A stretch of DNA of 63,004 bases, the filler included, from Aduncisulcus paluster (lineage: Eukaryota): the NCBI GenBank assembly GCA_024181965.1. It is 22 parts of 22 records of this genome, joined end to end, with 100 filler letters (N's around TTAATTAATTAA, not from the genome) between each part and the next. Parts side by side here need not be neighbours in the genome. Positions count along the whole stretch, not along the records: positions 60,076 to 61,582 come from BQXS01000327.1; positions 61,683 to 63,004 come from BQXS01000328.1; 20 more parts are not named here. One strand, written 5' to 3'. The translations under genes and the position numbers were made by a program. How positions within the stretch are numbered: the first letter of the stretch is position 1; the number at the start of each line of letters is the position of its first letter. Positions 59,976-63,004 of this stretch are shown here, in pieces. The notes below the pieces were generated by a model. The model ran no database searches and was not told the origin of the DNA. It saw nothing but the letters and a program-made list of their open reading frames with translations.

Positions 59976-60075
59976 NNNNNNNNNNNNNNNNNNNNNNNNN
60001 NNNNNNNNNNNNNNNNNNNTTAATTAATTAANNNNNNNNNNNNNNNNNNNNNNNNNNNNNNNNNNNNNNNNNNNN

Positions 60076-61582
60076 AAAAGAACTTAAAAAGCGAAAGAAA
60101 GAGGAAGAAGAGCGGAAGAAAAAGGAGAAAGAAGAAAGAGAAAAGAGGAGGAAAGAAAGGGAACAAAAGAAGAAAGAGAAGGAAAAAAGAAAGAGGAAAG
60201 AAGAGGACTCAGAAGGAGGCAGCGAAGCAGAAGAGGTGTCAAAGGCTGAAGATTCCATTGAAGAAAAGAAAGAAGAGAAAAAGAAAGAAGAGAAAGAAGA
60301 AGAATCTGAGAAATCTTCACAAGGGGAAGAAAGTGAAGAAGATAGTCATAAGCTCTCTGATAAGAAAGAAGATGATGAGAAAGAAGAAGATGATGAGGAG
60401 GAGATTATTTCCTCCAAGGAAGACAGTGTCGTTGAAGAAAGTAGCGTGGAAGAAGAAAGAGAAGAAGAAAGAGAAGAAGAAGAGGAACTCTCTGATTATG
60501 TTTCAGAACAAGATGATGTGTCTACAGTGTCTTCAGTGTCTTCAGTGTCTTCAGTGTCTACAGTGTCTACAGTGTCTTCAGTAAGCGATCTCCCAGCGGA
60601 GCCAGAGAAAGTGGAAGAGGAGGAGGAAGAGAAAGAAGAGGATTCAGATTTGACACTTGGAGAAGGAGAAGGAGAAGAAAGCGAGGAGGAAGAACCTCTT
60701 GAAGCTCTTGAACCCATGGAGAAAGAAGAAAAAGAGCTTGTTGATGAAGAAATTGGAGAAGAGATGGAAGAGCTTGAAATTCTTCTGGAAGAGGAGGAAG
60801 AAGAGGAAGAAAAGCAAGAGGAAGAGGACGAGGAAGAAGAAAAACATGACGACGAAGAAGAAGATGACGAAGATTCTGGGAAAGAAATATTAGAAGCCAT
60901 TCGCCAAGCTGAAGAAGGTATTAAAGAAGATGAAATTAAGCGTCACAAAAAATGGGAAGACAGAAAAGAAGAGATGAAGCACAAGAAAGAGGAGAGGAAA
61001 AAGATCAAAGGTGAGGTTGAGGCACGTCTGAAGGGCTCCAAAAAGAAGAGAGACGAGGAGAAAGCTCAAAGAGAAGAGGAGAAGAAGAAGAGAGCTGAAG
61101 AAGAAGCCGAGAGAGAGAGGAAGAAGGCTGAAGGCGGTGAAGAAGAGGAAGAAGAGGATGAGACTCTGATCTTTATGAAGAGAGAAGGAGAGAAGAAGAA
61201 GCTTGAGGAAGAAGAAGATGCCAAGGATAAGGTACTGGAAGGAGAGCTTGATGGAATCGCCGAAGCCAACAAGAAACGCCGTGAAGAACGGGAAACCGAG
61301 ATTAGACTGAAATTATCGACTATTGTTGAGAAAATAGATACCGGTGACACCGATATCACTGATTATGATCTTGAGAAACTCCGGAAGAAGATTGAAGAAG
61401 AGAAAGAAAGACGCCTTGAAGCCATCGAGAGCGAGAAGAGGGCCCAGAAGAGACTCGAGGAATGTGAGGAAGCTTTGGTAGAGATTAACAAAGAGATCGA
61501 AGCCATGGTTAATGACACTGCTGAGAAAAACGCTGAGATGCAGGATCAGAAAGAAAAACTCTCTTCTCTTGAAGCTGAGCTC
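60076..61582 (+). CDS. Glu/Lys-rich coiled-coil protein fragment with a (VSS/VST)n 9-bp repeat
   Basis: Open frame across the contig; GTGTCTTCA/GTGTCTACA repeats near 60518-60583. Confidence 0.7.
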
Positions 61583-61682
61583 NNNNNNNNNNNNNNNNNN
61601 NNNNNNNNNNNNNNNNNNNNNNNNNNTTAATTAATTAANNNNNNNNNNNNNNNNNNNNNNNNNNNNNNNNNNNNNNNNNNNN

Positions 61683-63004
61683 TCTTCTCAAGGGAACTTA
61701 CTCGTTGTATCAAGGATTCCAGACTTTCATCACCCATCTCATCACTGTCTTCGTCATCAAGGTCAAGACCGATGGAGGATGAGGAAAGTGATGCAGGAAG
61801 TGAAGGCGAGGAAGAAGATGTTTGTGTCTTCATGCGAACTATCTTCTCTTTCAAACTCTTGATCTCTTGATCAAAGGTTCCCTTTTTCATCCGCCTCAGT
61901 TTCATCATCTTCTTCAACTCTGCCATTCCAGCACTTATGCTTTCCATCTCAGCCTCACTCTGTTCGATCTCACGCACACTCTCACGCCACTCAGAGAGCT
62001 CACACACTCGCAGGACACAACACAACACGGCACAACGATATTCATCCACGATACGCATGTACTCTGAACACAGGTCAAGCAGAGAGCACACAACAGTTGC
62101 AACATTCACAATGGTGGACTCTGCACTTTCTGACGACTTTATGGTTTCTGCATCGATACACAGAGTATGGGCAAGTTCACTCAAACATTTCCGTTCATGG
62201 TCACAATGATCACTCACACGACCTTCATGGTCAAGCAAGCCAAGAGCAGAACCTTCATCGTCATCATATGGTTTGCCTTCCAAACGAGATTTGAGAGACT
62301 GAAGCTTTGAATCAGTCACACGGCCTTGTGATAGACATGGGACAATATATGAACACACATACTCACCAAGCTTATCAAGACAACCATTGAGGTTCTTGAT
62401 GGAGGAGAGATGGTTGGTGTGTAAGTTAGAGATACTTGAGGCAGACATGACACTCAGTGTGTTGTGAAGTGTGTCAGATGTAGCATCATGTCTTGAATGA
62501 GCAGACAAAGATGGAGATGAGGATGGGGATAAAGAGGAAGTTGATGAGATCGATGGCATCACAGGAGAGGAAATGTCAGAATGGAGTGATGGTAAGAACT
62601 TGGAAGACAAGATGGAAGCAGAACAAGATGTTGAACAAGATGTTGAACAAGATGTCAGACCATCATCCACAGCTTTGTCATCGTCACAATGCTCACCTGA
62701 ATCCTTTGAAGCAGCAGCAGTGGTAGCAGCAGCAGAAGCAGAAGAAGAACTGGCACAGGAATCATGAGAAGACACATAACATCCCAACTCAGAGAGAACA
62801 TTGCTCCAAACATCACTCCCGGAAGAACCAAGAAGAAGTTTTGCACTCCAGCTTGGAATATCGGTACAAGTGTCAGTATTGTTCTTGTTGTCATCCTTCT
62901 CACCTCCACTATCAACAGTACAATCAGAACAGACAGCAAGGTCAGAGAAAGAAACACAGGAGTGGTCACTTGCAGTTTCATATTGTTCAACTCGATCTGT
63001 GAAT
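61683..63004 (-). CDS. Hypothetical Ser-rich/coiled-coil protein fragment
   Basis: Long minus-strand ORF running into the spacer. Confidence 0.6.

Noticed and set aside
60028-61359. Antisense and alternate-frame poly-Ser/Phe/Lys ORFs in the ORF track
   Set aside because: Shadows of low-complexity GAA/GAG-rich coding sequence
1267-61682. Recurring TTAATTAATTAA palindrome as a repeat array or CRISPR-like element
   Set aside because: Always centred in N44 flanks; an artificial six-frame-stop contig linker

Overview
The window is about 22 short, unlinked contigs from an AT-rich, gene-dense, intron-poor flagellated protist. They are concatenated with artificial 100-bp spacers (N44-TTAATTAATTAA-N44), so adjacency across a spacer is meaningless. 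The expanded gene families resemble those I associate with the fornicate Aduncisulcus paluster; this is an inference, not a database result. Recognisable host genes are Nup96, a monoglyceride lipase-type alpha/beta hydrolase, a ~2750-aa multipass membrane protein, EB1, the UTP5/WDR43 C-terminus, a divergent Ser/Thr kinase, a midasin-like AAA+ protein, dephospho-CoA kinase, a dynein intermediate chain-like WD40 protein, an EGF-repeat membrane protein and CASC1/DNAI7. Several GTATGY..AG introns repair the gene models. Mobile DNA includes Ty3/Gypsy fragments, two non-LTR RT fragments and a 5'-truncated Fanzor1-type nuclease followed by a hairpin-rich candidate omegaRNA. The main highlights are: (1) the Fanzor plus omegaRNA locus at 43854-44605; (2) three different short-LTR elements in which a perfect 14-bp palindrome, starting on the last base of the LTR, replaces the tRNA primer-binding site; (3) an unidentified ~200-nt structured element with a pentamer tail that interrupts an integrase; (4) a candidate 23-nt intron.
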